Positions 48,803 through 60,900 of a stretch of DNA of 64,000 bases are shown here, piece by piece. Below the pieces are notes generated by a model. The model did not search any database. It had not been told where the DNA came from and saw nothing but the letters and a program-made list of their open reading frames with translations. Each line of letters starts with the position of its first letter. The stretch's first letter is position 1. Source of the DNA: an uncultured Gammaproteobacteria bacterium (lineage in GTDB: Bacteria > Patescibacteriota > Microgenomatia > Daviesbacterales > UBA10151). Made by a program: the position numbers and the translations under genes. The stretch is taken from NCBI GenBank assembly GCA_964396715.1, contig CAYNFQ010000003.1:565-64564 (forward strand), in the 5' to 3' direction.

Positions 48803-48850
48803 ATTTAAGAATTATATATTAACACATTTATACGGATTTTGTCAAAACTT

Positions 48851-50995
48851 TTAATGTTCAACTCTGCCTGTAAATCCTGAGGCTTCGATGATCTTTTGGG
48901 TAATTTGGGCTGGTACCGGCTCATAGTGATCTGCTTCCATATAATAGGTGGCTCTGCCTTGGGACATGGACCTGATAGCTGTTGCATAACCATGCATCTC
49001 AGCTAGTGGTACTAATGCTATGACTACCCTGGCATTGCCACGAGACTCAGAAGATAAAATCTGCGCCCGCTTTGCGGATAAATCACCAATAATCTCCCCC
49101 AAAAACTCCTCCGGTGTGGTCACCTCCACCTTCATGATTGGTTCCAGTAAAATCATGTCCGCTTTTTTAGCAGCCTCTGAAAGTCCTAAAGAAGCGGCAA
49201 TTTTAAAGGCTATTTCAGATGAATCTACATCATGAAAAGATCCGTCATAAACAGTCACCTTAATATCAGTCACCGGGAAACCTGCTAAAATTCCGGTGTC
49301 TTCTTTCTCAATCACACCTTTCTCAATTGGCGGAATAAACTCTCTGGGAATTGCTCCGCCCACAATCTCTGAGACAAATTCCCTCCCTTGTCCGCGGGGC
49401 AAAGGCTCAATTCGGAGTAAACAGTGGCCATACTGTCCCCTGCCTCCGGTCTGACGGATATATTTACCTTCACCTTCTGCCATTTTTTGGATGGTTTCTT
49501 TATAAGCCACCTGGGGTTGTCCCACATTAGCCTCTACCTTAAATTCTCTTTTCATCCTGTCTACCAGAATCTCCAGCTGCAGCTCACCCATGCCGGCAAT
49601 AATAGTCTGCCCTGTTTCCGGATCTGATTTGACTCTGAAGGTGGGATCCTCTTCGGCTAATCTGTTTAAGGCATAACCCAGCTTTTCCTGATCACTCTTT
49701 GTTTTAGGCTCAATTGCTAAAGAAATCACCGGATCGGGAAAGGTGATTGATTCCAAAATAATCGGTGCAGTTTCATCACAAAGCGTATCTCCGGTGATGG
49801 TATCTTTTAATCCCACAGCAGCTACAATTTCTCCGGCAAATGCCTCATCAATTTCCTCCCGGTCGTTGGCATGCATTAACAAAAGTCTGCCTACCCGCTC
49901 TTTAATCTGTTTGGTGGAATTATAAACATAGGTACCACTCTTTAATGTGCCAGAATATACCCGAATATAGGTTAATTTTCCTACGTGCGGATCCACCTGA
50001 ATTTTAAAAGCTAAAGCAGAAAGCGGGGCTTGTGGGTCTGCTTTTCTGACCTCTTCTTGCTGGGTTTGGGGGCTAATGCCGGTTATTTCATTAATATCTT
50101 GGGGGGAAGGCAGATATTCCACCACTGAGTCAAGCATCAATTGCACCCCTTTATTTCTTAAAGAAGATCCTGCCAAACATGGCACAATTTTATTATCAAT
50201 GACCGCTTTTCTCAGGGCCTTTTTCAACTCCTCAACAGAAATTTCTTGTCCTCCCAAATACTTCTCCATTAAGACATCATCTGTCCCGGCAATTTCCTCC
50301 ACCAATTTCTCCCTATACTTTTCCACATCCTCTTTCATTTCAGCCGGGATTTCCACTGCATTAAACTTAGCGCCGGTTTCATCACCTTCCCAGATATAGG
50401 CTTTTTTACTCAGCAAATCCACCACTCCGCTAAATTGGTTCTCCTTACCAATTGGCAAGTTATAGGCAAGAGCATTGGCTCCTAATCTGTCTCTGGCTGA
50501 GAGGATGGTACCATGAAAATCAGCTCCCACCACATCCATTTTGTTGGAAAAAGCAATTAAGGGCACTTTATATTTATTGGCCTGTCTCCAGACAGTTTCG
50601 GTCTGGGACTGCACGCCCGAGGATGAATCCAACACAATCACTCCTCCGTCTAAAACCCTCAGTGATCTTTCCACCTCGGCTGTAAAATCAACATGACCGG
50701 GAGTATCAATCAAATTGATTCTCACTTCCTGATCTTTAAATAGATTATCATCTCGCCTGCATGTCCAAAAAGTGGTGATGGCTGCCGAAACAATAGTGAT
50801 GCCACGCTCTCTTTCCTGCTCCATCCAGTCAGTGACGGTGGTACCCTCATCAATATTGCCGATCTTATATGATCTGCCTGTATAAAACAGGATCCTTTCC
50901 GTGGTGGTGGTTTTCCCGGCATCAATATGGGCAATAATGCCGATATTTCTGATTCTATCTAAGGGAAAATCTCTTTTGGTTTTAGTTACTGGCAT
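48851..50995 (-). CDS. fusA: Elongation factor G
   Basis: [40 protein letters not shown]. Confidence 0.99.
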   Translation of the reverse strand: MPVTKTKRDFPLDRIRNIGIIAHIDAGKTTTTERILFYTGRSYKIGNIDEGTTVTDWMEQERERGITIVSAAITTFWTCRRDDNLFKDQEVRINLIDTPGHVDFTAEVERSLRVLDGGVIVLDSSSGVQSQTETVWRQANKYKVPLIAFSNKMDVVGADFHGTILSARDRLGANALAYNLPIGKENQFSGVVDLLSKKAYIWEGDETGAKFNAVEIPAEMKEDVEKYREKLVEEIAGTDDVLMEKYLGGQEISVEELKKALRKAVIDNKIVPCLAGSSLRNKGVQLMLDSVVEYLPSPQDINEITGISPQTQQEEVRKADPQAPLSALAFKIQVDPHVGKLTYIRVYSGTLKSGTYVYNSTKQIKERVGRLLLMHANDREEIDEAFAGEIVAAVGLKDTITGDTLCDETAPIILESITFPDPVISLAIEPKTKSDQEKLGYALNRLAEEDPTFRVKSDPETGQTIIAGMGELQLEILVDRMKREFKVEANVGQPQVAYKETIQKMAEGEGKYIRQTGGRGQYGHCLLRIEPLPRGQGREFVSEIVGGAIPREFIPPIEKGVIEKEDTGILAGFPVTDIKVTVYDGSFHDVDSSEIAFKIAASLGLSEAAKKADMILLEPIMKVEVTTPEEFLGEIIGDLSAKRAQILSSESRGNARVVIALVPLAEMHGYATAIRSMSQGRATYYMEADHYEPVPAQITQKIIEASGFTGRVEH

Positions 50996-51079
50996 ATATT
51001 ACAAACTCCTCCCAAATGTAGAATGTATAATGTAAAATGTATAATTGTTTTTTCATTGTAAATTATACATTGTAAATTG

Positions 51080-51304
51080 TTAATTCTGACCTTCTAGGTC
51101 AGCTATTATCTTTTTCACCTGATTAATCTGTACCCTGATTGTTTCTGCATCCTCTATTGCCATGGTGTAGGCAGCATTTTCCGATAAATCACCTTCTTGG
51201 GCAGCCTGACCTTTTTTAATCAGGATTTCTGCCAGCTGTTTTTCCAGATCAGCCAGATTTTCTCTCCACATTTTCAATTTTTCCTGTCGTAACTTTTTGT
51301 CCAT
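51080..51304 (-). CDS. GreA/GreB N-terminal coiled-coil-only protein
   Basis: AAQEGDLSENAAY..A motif; 74 aa, no C-terminal RNAP-binding domain. Confidence 0.8.
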   Translation of the reverse strand: MDKKLRQEKLKMWRENLADLEKQLAEILIKKGQAAQEGDLSENAAYTMAIEDAETIRVQINQVKKIIADLEGQN

Positions 51305-51325
51305 TGTTGTAATTGTACCCCAATT

Positions 51326-51356
51326 AAAAAGAAAGCCCCCTCAAACTTCAGGAGGC
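51326..51356 (-). terminator. Intrinsic terminator
   Basis: GCCTCCT-loop-AGGGGGC followed by TTTCTTTTT. Confidence 0.6.
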
Positions 51357-51389
51357 CATTGTTAATATTAAAGATTTTGATCCTAAAAG

Positions 51390-51929
51390 TCAAATGTTAG
51401 CTAACTGATAAACCCAGCCTGGTTGCCATTTAAAGGGGACTGTTACTAATTCTTTGAGAGATTTTCCATTTATCCAGTGCTCCAATCCATATTGAGTAGC
51501 TCTATGCCCAATTATTAATACACTTATGCTACGACCGTGATATAAATGTAGGTAATCTAAAAAACTTTTCATTCTTTTTAAACAATCCTCATATGATTCC
51601 CCATTTGGAAAAGGGATAGATATATGCTTCACTTTAACTGGATCAACTTCATCTGATGGATATTGAGTTAAATCCCCATAATCACATTCTCTTAATCTTT
51701 TGTCTTTAATAATTGGAATTTTGTTTCCAAAAGCAATCTCTGCAGTTTTATATGATCTTTGTAAATCAGAAACAAAGATTACATCAAATTCTTGATCTTT
51801 GTATCTTCCACCAAGCTCTTTTGCTTGTTGTTCACCAAGTGGTGAAAGTGCTACATCAAAATGTCCAGAAAAAAGATGTTTCTCATTATCAAAACTTGTG
51901 GCATGAGCTTCAAAAATTATGATCACCAT
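51390..51929 (-). CDS. Histidine phosphatase family protein
   Basis: H..S.DN...F.G..D..LS..G..QA, SDL.RS..TA, RLRE.DYG, GES, IGH. Confidence 0.88.
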   Translation of the reverse strand: MVIIIFEAHATSFDNEKHLFSGHFDVALSPLGEQQAKELGGRYKDQEFDVIFVSDLQRSYKTAEIAFGNKIPIIKDKRLRECDYGDLTQYPSDEVDPVKVKHISIPFPNGESYEDCLKRMKSFLDYLHLYHGRSISVLIIGHRATQYGLEHWINGKSLKELVTVPFKWQPGWVYQLANI

Positions 51930-51933
51930 GAGG

Positions 51934-52410
51934 TTATCTAGCAGAACTTTCTTCTACTGTCACTGTCACTTCTAGAGGTATTTCTGCAACTATCTTGAGT
52001 AGTTTTTGTCCTTCTTCTTTAATACTTACTTGAAAAATATAGTCTCCACTACCTTGTACTTTAATTCCTGAAATTTTAACTCTAGTTCTCATTCTTTTTG
52101 TACCTGCTGGAATGACTATTTCTTTAATATCTTTATTAATTTCTTCTCCTTTATGATTAATTAGTGCTAGTTCTTGTTCAAACTTTACTTCTTCCTCTTT
52201 TTTATTATCTCTAGTATAGAAACTTACCATTTCATAGTTTATTGGTACTATAGCTTCTAGTTTTTGATCCTTATTTTGAATATTTGTTGGCTTAAGATTA
52301 ACTTGTAATGCTTCTAGGACATTAACAATACTTAAATTGTTATCATCCTGGTTAATTATGCTTTCTTTACATAGTACAGACCAAATATGCTTAATCATGC
52401 TATTACCCAT
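51934..52410 (-). CDS. Hypothetical beta-sandwich protein, third gene of the TA-like operon
   Basis: WSVLC...IIN.D.NNLSI, G.Y.F; translationally coupled to the antitoxin. Confidence 0.6.
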   Translation of the reverse strand: MGNSMIKHIWSVLCKESIINQDDNNLSIVNVLEALQVNLKPTNIQNKDQKLEAIVPINYEMVSFYTRDNKKEEEVKFEQELALINHKGEEINKDIKEIVIPAGTKRMRTRVKISGIKVQGSGDYIFQVSIKEEGQKLLKIVAEIPLEVTVTVEESSAR

Positions 52411-52814
52411 CTTATGTCACTATAATCTTCACCAGGTGGATATTGAACCGAAATCTTGCTAACTGGTAATTCTCCCATTTGTTTTAATTCCTCGCTGCTT
52501 GCAGAGAATGCGTGGGTTTCAAAATAGTGGTGCTGCATAGATAAACTACTTTCAGGAGAAGTAATTATTTTATGAATATTATCTAATTCGTACTGAGAAA
52601 AATTAGAAAATTCACCTTCTCTCAATCGCTTTATGTCTTTTAAACTTAAACTAAGCTTCTCTGCTAATTCTTTATCACTATCATTGTTAGCGTCAATTAA
52701 TTCTTGTAGTTTAATAGATATATCGAGCGCACGGTCAGCTCTTTCAAATCTTTCTTTAAATTCTTTATCTTTAAGCTGTTTTTCCAAATCTCTATCGAAA
52801 CTACCTTTTGACAT
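52395..52814 (-). CDS. XRE-like HTH antitoxin (HigA-like)
   Basis: F...LE.QLKD.EFK..FE, ELAEKL......I.RL..G. Confidence 0.7.
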   Translation of the reverse strand: MSKGSFDRDLEKQLKDKEFKERFERADRALDISIKLQELIDANNDSDKELAEKLSLSLKDIKRLREGEFSNFSQYELDNIHKIITSPESSLSMQHHYFETHAFSASSEELKQMGELPVSKISVQYPPGEDYSDIRWVIA

Positions 52815-53166
52815 ATTTCCTTCTTTCTTTAAATGCCTTTAGCAATTTTTTAGCATATTTTAAATCATCCTTACGTAATTTATTATACTGTTTCCTAATT
52901 CCTCCAAGCAACCATATATCTCTCTTTTCTCCAAAAGTCCAAAAAACTCTTACGATATCTCTATCATATCTAGCTCGAATTGCGTATAAATCATCATCTA
53001 TATGTTCTGTCAAAGCTTTTCCATGATTAGATCTATTCCGAACTCTATTTATTTTAACCTTAAGTTGAGCAACAAGATCTGGATGAATTTTTTCAAGCTC
53101 ATCTAGAAAATATTTTACCTCTTGTTTTCCATTCTCGTCTGTTTCGTACTCGATTTTAAATTCCAT
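52801..53166 (-). CDS. RelE/HigB (Gp49-like) toxin
   Basis: IEY.....G...V..FL, ..EHI...LY.IR.....VRVF.TF....I.LL.G..K. Confidence 0.8.
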   Translation of the reverse strand: MEFKIEYETDENGKQEVKYFLDELEKIHPDLVAQLKVKINRVRNRSNHGKALTEHIDDDLYAIRARYDRDIVRVFWTFGEKRDIWLLGGIRKQYNKLRKDDLKYAKKLLKAFKERRKYVKR

Positions 53167-53244
53167 TCCATTGATAGTCCTTAGTATAAATTCTAAAGTA
53201 TCTGTATTTTATCACAACAACAGATAAAAAGATGGGGGTTGACT

Positions 53245-53721
53245 CTACCATCTAAAATGGGCGAAGGCACGGTTTGCATTTGCTGCTTTTTGCATGTCAT
53301 CACGCTTCTTTATAGCTGCACCTGTACCATTGGCTGTATCTATTAACTCAGCTGCTAATTTTTGGGCAAAAGAGTGAAACTGGGAATTTGATCTCATCTT
53401 TGCAGCAGCAATTATCCATCTGATGGATAAAGCTTCTTTCCGATCTCCCCTTACCTCCACCGGAACCTGGTATGATGCTCCTCCCACCCTTCTTGGCCGA
53501 ACCTCCATTTTGGGGGAAACGCTTTGGATAGCTTTTTCAAAAACAGACAGCGGATCTTGCTTTGTCTGCTCTTTTATGACCTCAAGCGCCTTGTAAACCA
53601 ACTTTTGAGCCGTGCTTTTTTTACCGTCACTCATGATTTTATTGATAAAACGGGTGAGTAACCTTGATCCATAAATTGGATCCAGCGGGAGCAATCTGTC
53701 AATAGCTTTTCTGCTTCTCAT
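53245..53721 (-). CDS. rpsG: 30S ribosomal protein S7
   Basis: M..GKKS.A, RRVGGASYQVP, A.ANRAFAH.RW. Confidence 0.98.
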   Translation of the reverse strand: MRSRKAIDRLLPLDPIYGSRLLTRFINKIMSDGKKSTAQKLVYKALEVIKEQTKQDPLSVFEKAIQSVSPKMEVRPRRVGGASYQVPVEVRGDRKEALSIRWIIAAAKMRSNSQFHSFAQKLAAELIDTANGTGAAIKKRDDMQKAANANRAFAHFRW

Positions 53722-53724
53722 AAG

Positions 53725-54207
53725 TTAGGCTGCTCCCCCTGCAGGTGCTGCTGGTGCGGCAGGTACAGTAGCAGGCGCTGTTCTTGGAACAGGACCTGCT
53801 CCTCCTGCTTTAGCACCATATTTTGATCGTCCCTGTTTTCTGCCTGCCACTCCAGCCAGATCAAGTTTGCCTCTGACTAAATGATACTTCACACCTGGTA
53901 AATCTTTGACCCTGCCGCCCCGGACCAAAACAATCCCGTGCTCGGCCAGCGAGTGTCCCTCGCCCTGTATATATGCTGTCACCTCGGCCCTGTTGGAGAG
54001 CCTGACCCTGGCTACCTTTCTCAGTGCTGAATTCGGCTTTTTGGGAGTCATCGTTTTAACCAGCGTCACCACCCCCCGCTTTTGCGGGCTGAAATCCTGG
54101 GTATATCTTCTATCCTTGGCATTAAAAGAACGCCTTAAGGCAGTCGCCTTAATTTTTTTCACTATCTTTTTTCTGCCATGTCTGACCAGTTGGTTAATTG
54201 TAGGCAT
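53725..54207 (-). CDS. rpsL: 30S ribosomal protein S12 with an Ala/Pro-rich tail
   Basis: [30 protein letters not shown]. Confidence 0.99.
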   Translation of the reverse strand: MPTINQLVRHGRKKIVKKIKATALRRSFNAKDRRYTQDFSPQKRGVVTLVKTMTPKKPNSALRKVARVRLSNRAEVTAYIQGEGHSLAEHGIVLVRGGRVKDLPGVKYHLVRGKLDLAGVAGRKQGRSKYGAKAGGAGPVPRTAPATVPAAPAAPAGGAA

Positions 54208-54212
54208 TACGA

Positions 54213-57200
54213 TTATCCTTCTACTCTTGCTCTCTCCTCAGAAGTGGGGATCAGCCTGCCAATTATAACATTTTCCTTAAGTCCGATCAGCTTATCCACT
54301 TTGCCGGAAATTGCGGCATCGGAAAGAATTGAGGTTGTTTCCTGGAACGAAGCAGCGGATAAGAAGCTTTCTGTCTGCAAGGACGAGCGGGTTATTCCCA
54401 AAATTATCACCTCTGCTGTGGCCGGTTCGCCGCCACTAGCCAGCACCCTTTTATTTTCTTCTTCAAATCTGAGCTGGTCAATAATCTCTCCGGGTAAAAG
54501 ATTGGTATCACCCTGGGATGCCACCCTGACCTTATCAGACATTTTTCTGACAATTACCTCAAAATGCTTTTCGTTAATCGGCACACCCTGAGATTCATAA
54601 ACCGCGCGAACCGCATCCACAATATATCTTTGGGCAGCCCTAAGTCCCTGAACCCTTAAAATTTCTTTGACGTCAATGTGCCCTGAGGCCAACACAGTAC
54701 CTGCATCAATTAACTGCCCCTCTTCCACCAAAAGCTGGGCTGAAACAGGGATAATATACTCTCTTTCTTCGTGTGGTTTTTGGGTAGTCCGAACTCTGAC
54801 TCTGGTACCTAATTCTCCTGCCAAAACAGCAACTTTTCCGGCAATCTCAGACATCGGGGCAACAATCTTAGGTGTCCTTGTTTCAAAAAGTTCCTCAACC
54901 CTGGGCAGACCCTGGGTAATATCCAGACCGACAATTCCTCCTGTATGGAATGTACGCATAGTCAGTTGGGTTCCAGGCTCACCAATAGCCTGGGCTGCCA
55001 CCACCCCAACAGGCGTACCGATTTTCACCAAGTTTCTGGTGGTTAAATCAAATCCGTAACATGTTCTGCAGATGCCAAATTTTGCCTCACAGGTTAAAGG
55101 TGATCTGGCAGAAACTTTTAAAACAGCGCTTTTAAGAAGCTCCTGCACGATATCTTCTGTCACAATAGTGCCTGCTTTAACTAAAACTTTTCGCCCTTTT
55201 GGCTCCAGCACATTATCCAAAACCATCCTGCCCAGCAGCTTTTCTCTGGCTGAGGAGAAATTAGCCTTGGAAATATCATAATCTAATCCTGTCTTTGTCC
55301 CGCAATCTTCCATTCTGATGATGACATCATGAGCCACATCCACCAGTCTCCTGGTCAAATACCCCGCATCAGCAGTTTTTAAGGCTTTATCCGCCACCCC
55401 TTTTCTGGCACCCCGGGCTGAGGTAAAGTATTCAAATACCGAAAGACCCTGCCTGTAGTTGGATTTGGTGGGCAGTTCCACAATTTTTCCGGTCGGGTCT
55501 GTGGATAAACCTCGCATGGCAGATAACTGTTTGGCCTGGTCCCGCGACCCTCTGGCTCCCGCCTCAACCATCATCCTGATCGGGTTATCAGCTCCCATAT
55601 AATCCCAGGTGGCGTTTGCCAAATCCTCGGTTGTTTTAATCCAAACCATTTGCCCAAGCTGGGCTTTTTCCTGCGGAGTGATCAAACCTTTGACAACGTT
55701 CCTTTCAATCTTGCCAATTTCCGCTTCAGCCAAATCCAGATACTTTTGTTTATCCTCGACAATTTTGGCATCAAAGATGGAGATTGATATACCCGCAATC
55801 GTTGCGGCGTAAAAACCCACTGATTTGATCTTATCAATAATCTCCACCACCTCATCCTTGCCCAAAGTTTCCATGGCCCCAAGGATGATGTCACGGATGG
55901 TTAATCCCTTCACCACCGTGTTGAGAAATCTCATGTGCTCTGGTATTGCCTGGTTGAAAAAAATCCTGCCTACTGATGTTTCTAAAACTTCCCCATTGAT
56001 TTTAACCTTAATCTTCTGCTGAACATGCAGTTTACCCAATTGATAAGCCCTGATTGCATCTTCTTCGCAAGCAAATAATTTTATTTCATTTTTTGCCTCT
56101 GTTTGGGAAATAAGAGTTAAATAATAGCAACCCAAAGCCATTTCTCTGTTGGGAACGGTGATGGGTTGGGCGTTTGCCGGGCTGAAAATATTTTCCTTGG
56201 CCATCATCAAACTTTTTGCTTCTGCCTGCGCTTTGGCAGACAGCGGAACATGAACTGCCATCTGGTCTCCGTCAAAATCGGCATTGAACCCCGCGCAAAT
56301 GCAGGGGTGGATTTGGATGGCATTACCATCAACCAGCACCGGATAAAAAGCCTGAATACCTAAGCGGTGTAAAGTTGGGGCGCGGTTTATTAAAATCGGA
56401 TGCCCTTCAATAATCTCATCCAAAATATCCCAAACCTCAGGGGGCCGAAGTTCCAATACATTCTTTGCCCCCTTAACATTGGCTGACATGCCTCTGGCAA
56501 TCATTTCCCGCAAAACAAAAGGTTTGAACATCTCCAGAGCCATCTCTTTTGGCAATCCTACCTGATCCAACCTCAATTTTGGGCCAACCACAATCACCGA
56601 TCTGCCCGAATAATCTACCCTTTTACCCAACAGGTTCTGCCGAAACCTACCCTGTTTGCCTCTCAACATATCGGAAAGGGAACGCAGGATATGGGCTGTC
56701 ACCGGTCCACCCCGTCTGGAGGTTCGGGACGATGCATCAATCAGGGAGTCAACAGCTTCCTGAAGCATTCTCTTTTCATTGCGCAAAATTATCTCCGGCG
56801 CTCCCAGGTTGATCAGTCTGTTTAAACGGTTATTTCTGTTGATGACTCGTCTGTAAAGATCGTTTAGATCGGAAGTGGCAAATCTGCCTCCGGGCAGCTG
56901 AACCATGGGTCTTAAATCCGGAGGCAACACCGGTAAAACCCGCAAAATCAACCACTCCGGCAAAATTGATGCAGACCTCATCCCTTCCACAATCCGTAGT
57001 CTCTTGGTTGCCTTGATGTGTCTTTGTCCGCTGGATTTTCTGACTTCTTCCCTAAGGTTCGCCGACAGCTTATCCAAATCCAACTTTTGCAAAACCTCCA
57101 GTATTGCCTCAGCTCCCATCCCCAGGGTGGCAAAATCAGCAACTCCGTACTCTGCCAGTTTGTAATACTCCTCCTCTGATAAAAGTTTTAAAGGGGCAAC

Positions 57201-57905
57201 GCTTTTTACTAAATCCCCGACCACCTTATAAATATTTTCCAACTGTCCGACCTCCACCACCTGGTTATCCCGCAGTTTCTGGATCTCTGATCTGTTTCTA
57301 AGCTCCAGCTCCTGGGTCTCCAGCTCGAATTTTTCTTTTTCCGTCACCTTTTTTAATCCTGCCAGGTCTTTTTTGAGTTGAACTCCCAATCCTTTAATAT
57401 TTTTCTCCAAAGCCTCTTTGGACTCCTTAATCTTGATCTGCAGATCTTTTTCCAATTTTTCCAAAGCAGTACTTTTACCTGCAGAATCAATGTTGATGAC
57501 CAAATATGCGGCAAAATAAACAACTGCTTCCAGATTTTTAGGTGAAATGTCCAAAATTAAGGACAGTTTTGAAGGAGCACCTTTCACAAACCAGGAATGG
57601 GCAACCGGGGAAGCCAAATTAATGTGCCCCATCCTCTCACGGCGCACTTTTGATTGGGTCACTTCCACTCCGCACTTATCACAAATGACCCCCCGAAAGC
57701 GGATCCTTTTATATTTTCCGCAGTAGCATTCATAATCTTTGGTCGGGCCAAAGATGTTTTCCGAAAATAGCCCGTCTTTTTCAGCCTTCAGAGTCCTATA
57801 ATTGATAGTTTCGGGCTTTGTCACCTCGCCAAAAGACCAGGATCTGATCTGTTCTGCTGATGCAACGGTTAATTTTAAGCTTTCAAAATCTAAAAGATCA
57901 TTCAT
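54213..57905 (-). CDS. rpoC: RNA polymerase beta' subunit
   Basis: [12 protein letters not shown] active site, [10 protein letters not shown], zinc finger, [12 protein letters not shown]. Confidence 0.99.
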   Translation of the reverse strand: MNDLLDFESLKLTVASAEQIRSWSFGEVTKPETINYRTLKAEKDGLFSENIFGPTKDYECYCGKYKRIRFRGVICDKCGVEVTQSKVRRERMGHINLASPVAHSWFVKGAPSKLSLILDISPKNLEAVVYFAAYLVINIDSAGKSTALEKLEKDLQIKIKESKEALEKNIKGLGVQLKKDLAGLKKVTEKEKFELETQELELRNRSEIQKLRDNQVVEVGQLENIYKVVGDLVKSVAPLKLLSEEEYYKLAEYGVADFATLGMGAEAILEVLQKLDLDKLSANLREEVRKSSGQRHIKATKRLRIVEGMRSASILPEWLILRVLPVLPPDLRPMVQLPGGRFATSDLNDLYRRVINRNNRLNRLINLGAPEIILRNEKRMLQEAVDSLIDASSRTSRRGGPVTAHILRSLSDMLRGKQGRFRQNLLGKRVDYSGRSVIVVGPKLRLDQVGLPKEMALEMFKPFVLREMIARGMSANVKGAKNVLELRPPEVWDILDEIIEGHPILINRAPTLHRLGIQAFYPVLVDGNAIQIHPCICAGFNADFDGDQMAVHVPLSAKAQAEAKSLMMAKENIFSPANAQPITVPNREMALGCYYLTLISQTEAKNEIKLFACEEDAIRAYQLGKLHVQQKIKVKINGEVLETSVGRIFFNQAIPEHMRFLNTVVKGLTIRDIILGAMETLGKDEVVEIIDKIKSVGFYAATIAGISISIFDAKIVEDKQKYLDLAEAEIGKIERNVVKGLITPQEKAQLGQMVWIKTTEDLANATWDYMGADNPIRMMVEAGARGSRDQAKQLSAMRGLSTDPTGKIVELPTKSNYRQGLSVFEYFTSARGARKGVADKALKTADAGYLTRRLVDVAHDVIIRMEDCGTKTGLDYDISKANFSSAREKLLGRMVLDNVLEPKGRKVLVKAGTIVTEDIVQELLKSAVLKVSARSPLTCEAKFGICRTCYGFDLTTRNLVKIGTPVGVVAAQAIGEPGTQLTMRTFHTGGIVGLDITQGLPRVEELFETRTPKIVAPMSEIAGKVAVLAGELGTRVRVRTTQKPHEEREYIIPVSAQLLVEEGQLIDAGTVLASGHIDVKEILRVQGLRAAQRYIVDAVRAVYESQGVPINEKHFEVIVRKMSDKVRVASQGDTNLLPGEIIDQLRFEEENKRVLASGGEPATAEVIILGITRSSLQTESFLSAASFQETTSILSDAAISGKVDKLIGLKENVIIGRLIPTSEERARVEG

Positions 57906-57908
57906 AGG

Positions 57909-60900
57909 TTACTTAGCCTCCTCTGTATCTATGACCTCAAACGGACTGTTTTCTGATTCAAGCTCACCTGCACTAGCAGTTGGCTTCATCTCCAGCGCTT
58001 CCTCCAATTGGGCAACTTCTTGAGCAACCTCCAACTTTTCCTCCACTTCCGGAGCCTGTACTATTTTTGCGCCCAAAGTTTCCACAGACAAACCCAAAGC
58101 CTGCAATTCTTTCACCAAAACCTTAAAAGATTCAGGAATTAACGCTTGTGGAATCTCAATCCCCTTTACAATTGCCTCAAAGGCCTTGGCCCGTCCCACC
58201 ACATCATCTGATTTGATTGTTAACATTTCCTGCAAAATGTGTGCGGCCCCATATGCCTCAAGCGCCCAAACTTCCATCTCCCCCAATCTTTGTCCGCCCA
58301 TTTGAGCCTTACCCCCAAGAGGTTGCTGAGTCACCAGCGAATAAGGGCCGGTGGAACGGGCATGAATTTTTTCCTCAACCATATGGATGAGCTTAAGGAT
58401 ATAGTTTTTGCCAACCACAATGGTGTTATTGAAAGGCAGGCCGCTTCTGCCGTCAATCAGTTTAACCTTTCCATCTTGTGGCAAACCGCTTTTTTTCAAC
58501 TCTGCTATCAGTTTGTCTTCGGGAATCTTTTCAAAAACCGGAGCGGCGACTTGATAACCCAGTCGCTCCGCCGCAAACCCCCAGTGGGTTTCCAAAAGCT
58601 GACCCAAGTTCATACGGGATAAAACAGACAGAGGAGAAATGATGATATCAACCGGCGTCCCATCCTCCAAATGCGGCATGTCAGAAGAGGGTACAATTTT
58701 GGAGATCACTCCTTTATTGCCGTGTCTTCCTGCCAGTTTGTCTCCCTCAGTCACCTTTCTCATCTGGGCAACTTTGACCTTAATTCTCATCAAAGTGCCG
58801 GTATCCAGCTCGTCTCCCTCGTCTCTGGAGAGGATTTGTACGCCAATCACTGTACCTCTTTCGCCGTGCGGGATTCTTAAAGATGTATCCCTGACCTCTT
58901 TGGCCTTCTCCCCAAAGATGGCCCTGAGCAGTCTTTCCTCGGCTGTCAGCTCGGTTTCACCCTTCGGCTGAACTTTACCAACCAAAATATCATTTGGCCC
59001 CACCTCCGCCCCGATCCTGACAATTCCCCGATCGTCCAAATTGGCCAGCGCATCCTCGGAAACATTGGGGATATCGCGGGTTAACTCCTCGAGCCCTAGC
59101 TTGGTTTCCACAACATCTACTTCATATTCCTCAATGTGGATTGAGGTTAGCAGATCTTCCTTGACTAACCTATCTGAAATAACGATGGCGTCCTCATATC
59201 CCAACCCGTCAAAGCTCATATAGGCAATTAAAAGGTTTTGACCTAAAGCCAGCTCCCCGTTTTGTGTGGCTGCGCCGTCAATTAACAGATCTCCCCTTTT
59301 CACCCTGTCTCCCACACTACAGACCGGTTTTTGGGAATAACAAGTTCCCTGGGGGGAATGGACAAACTTCTTGATCTCGAATTTGTACTCTCCTCTTTTC
59401 CCCTTCAGTATTAATTTGTTCCCGTCTACATATTTCACTGTTCCGTCTTCAGGCGCTCTGACTACCCTGCCCATATTATCCGCCACCATGCGCTCCATGC
59501 CAGTTCCCACAATCGGAGCATGGGGAATCAGTAATGGCACTGCCTGACACTGCATTTGTGTCCCCATCAAGGCCCTGTTGGCATCATCATTGCCTAAAAA
59601 CGGAATTAAAGACGCTGAAGTTCCAAAAATTTGCTGGGGGGAAACATCTATTAAGGCAATTTCACGGGCATCACCCTCGTAAAAACTGCCTTTAAAGCGC
59701 ACCGGCACCCGATCATCAACAATATAGCCTTTTTCGTTAATATTAACGGTGGCCTCGGTGATGTGATATTCCTCTTCATCATCTGCAGACAAATAGACTA
59801 CCTCATCTAAGACCTTCGGCTTGCCTCGCTCCAAAACCACTTTTCTATAAGGGGTTTCCAAAAATCCATACTCATCAATCCGGGCATAGAGCGCCAGGTA
59901 AGTCACCAGGCCAATGTTTTGTCCCTCAGGAGAACGGATGGGGTCAATCCTGCCGTATTGCGAATGATTAATATCGCGTACTGAAAATGATGCCCGATCG
60001 CGGGTGATGCCACCTGCTCCCATAACGGACAACCTTCTTAAATGATCCAGCTCGGATAAAGGGTTAACCTGGTCTAAAATTGAGGACAGTTGGGATGAGC
60101 GGAAAAATTCATTAATTGCCGCAATCACCGGTTTGGCATTGATCAGGCCGCCCGGCGTCACCAGCTGATCAGCGGCAGTCAGACTCATCCGCTCCTTAAT
60201 AATCCTTTCCAGCCGGAGCACCCCGATTCTGAAAGCATTTTGCTGCACCAATTCTCCCGCGCACCTCACCCTCCTGTTGGCCAAATGGTCTATATCATCC
60301 AACTTTCCTTCTCCGTTTACCAGCTTAATTAAATATTTTAAAGTGGCAATAATATCAGTGTTGGTCAGAATCCAATTGTCTGCTTTGTTGGGAAGATCCA
60401 AACCCAACCTTTTATTAATCTTGAATCTGCCCACCTTGGTTAAATTATAGCGTCGCCCGTTAAAAAACATTCCCTCAAGGAGCGCTTTAGCATTATCCAA
60501 AACAACCGGGTCGCCCGGCCTCATTTTTCTGAATATTTCCAAAAGCGCCTCATCGGTATTGGCGGTTGGGTCTTTTGCCAAGGTGGCATCAATATATTTT
60601 CCATCCCCCTCTTCCACATCTTTGAAAAGACCAACAATTGATGCGTTATCGGAAAACCCCAAAGCACGAAGCAGGGTGGTGGCGGCAAATTTTCTTCTTC
60701 TGTCAATTTTGGCGGTTAAAACTCCAGTTCTTGAAACATTAAACTCCAACCAGGATCCTCTGTAAGGACGGATTTCTGCTGAGTATAATCTTCTGCCAGT
60801 GATGGGATCATCAACTGCGGAAAAGAATACTCCAGGAGAGCGGACTAACTGATTAATAATCACTCTTTCCACTCCGTTAATAATAAAAGTACCTTTCTCG

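Noticed and set aside
44330-48907. rpsJ and fusA tail duplicates as integrase att sites or DGR templates
   Set aside because: Differences fall almost entirely at synonymous positions and involve all bases, and no integrase or RT lies in the inserts; recombination with a foreign allele fits better.
51305-53244. Expected duplicated rpsG tail after the rpsG-fusA cargo (and a secY tail near 29900)
   Set aside because: I looked but found no recognisable copy, so the tail-duplication pattern is not claimed for these inserts.
23836-60765. Numerous short plus-strand ORFs opposite r-protein, tuf, fusA and rpoBC genes
   Set aside because: Antisense shadows of conserved genes with no independent motifs.
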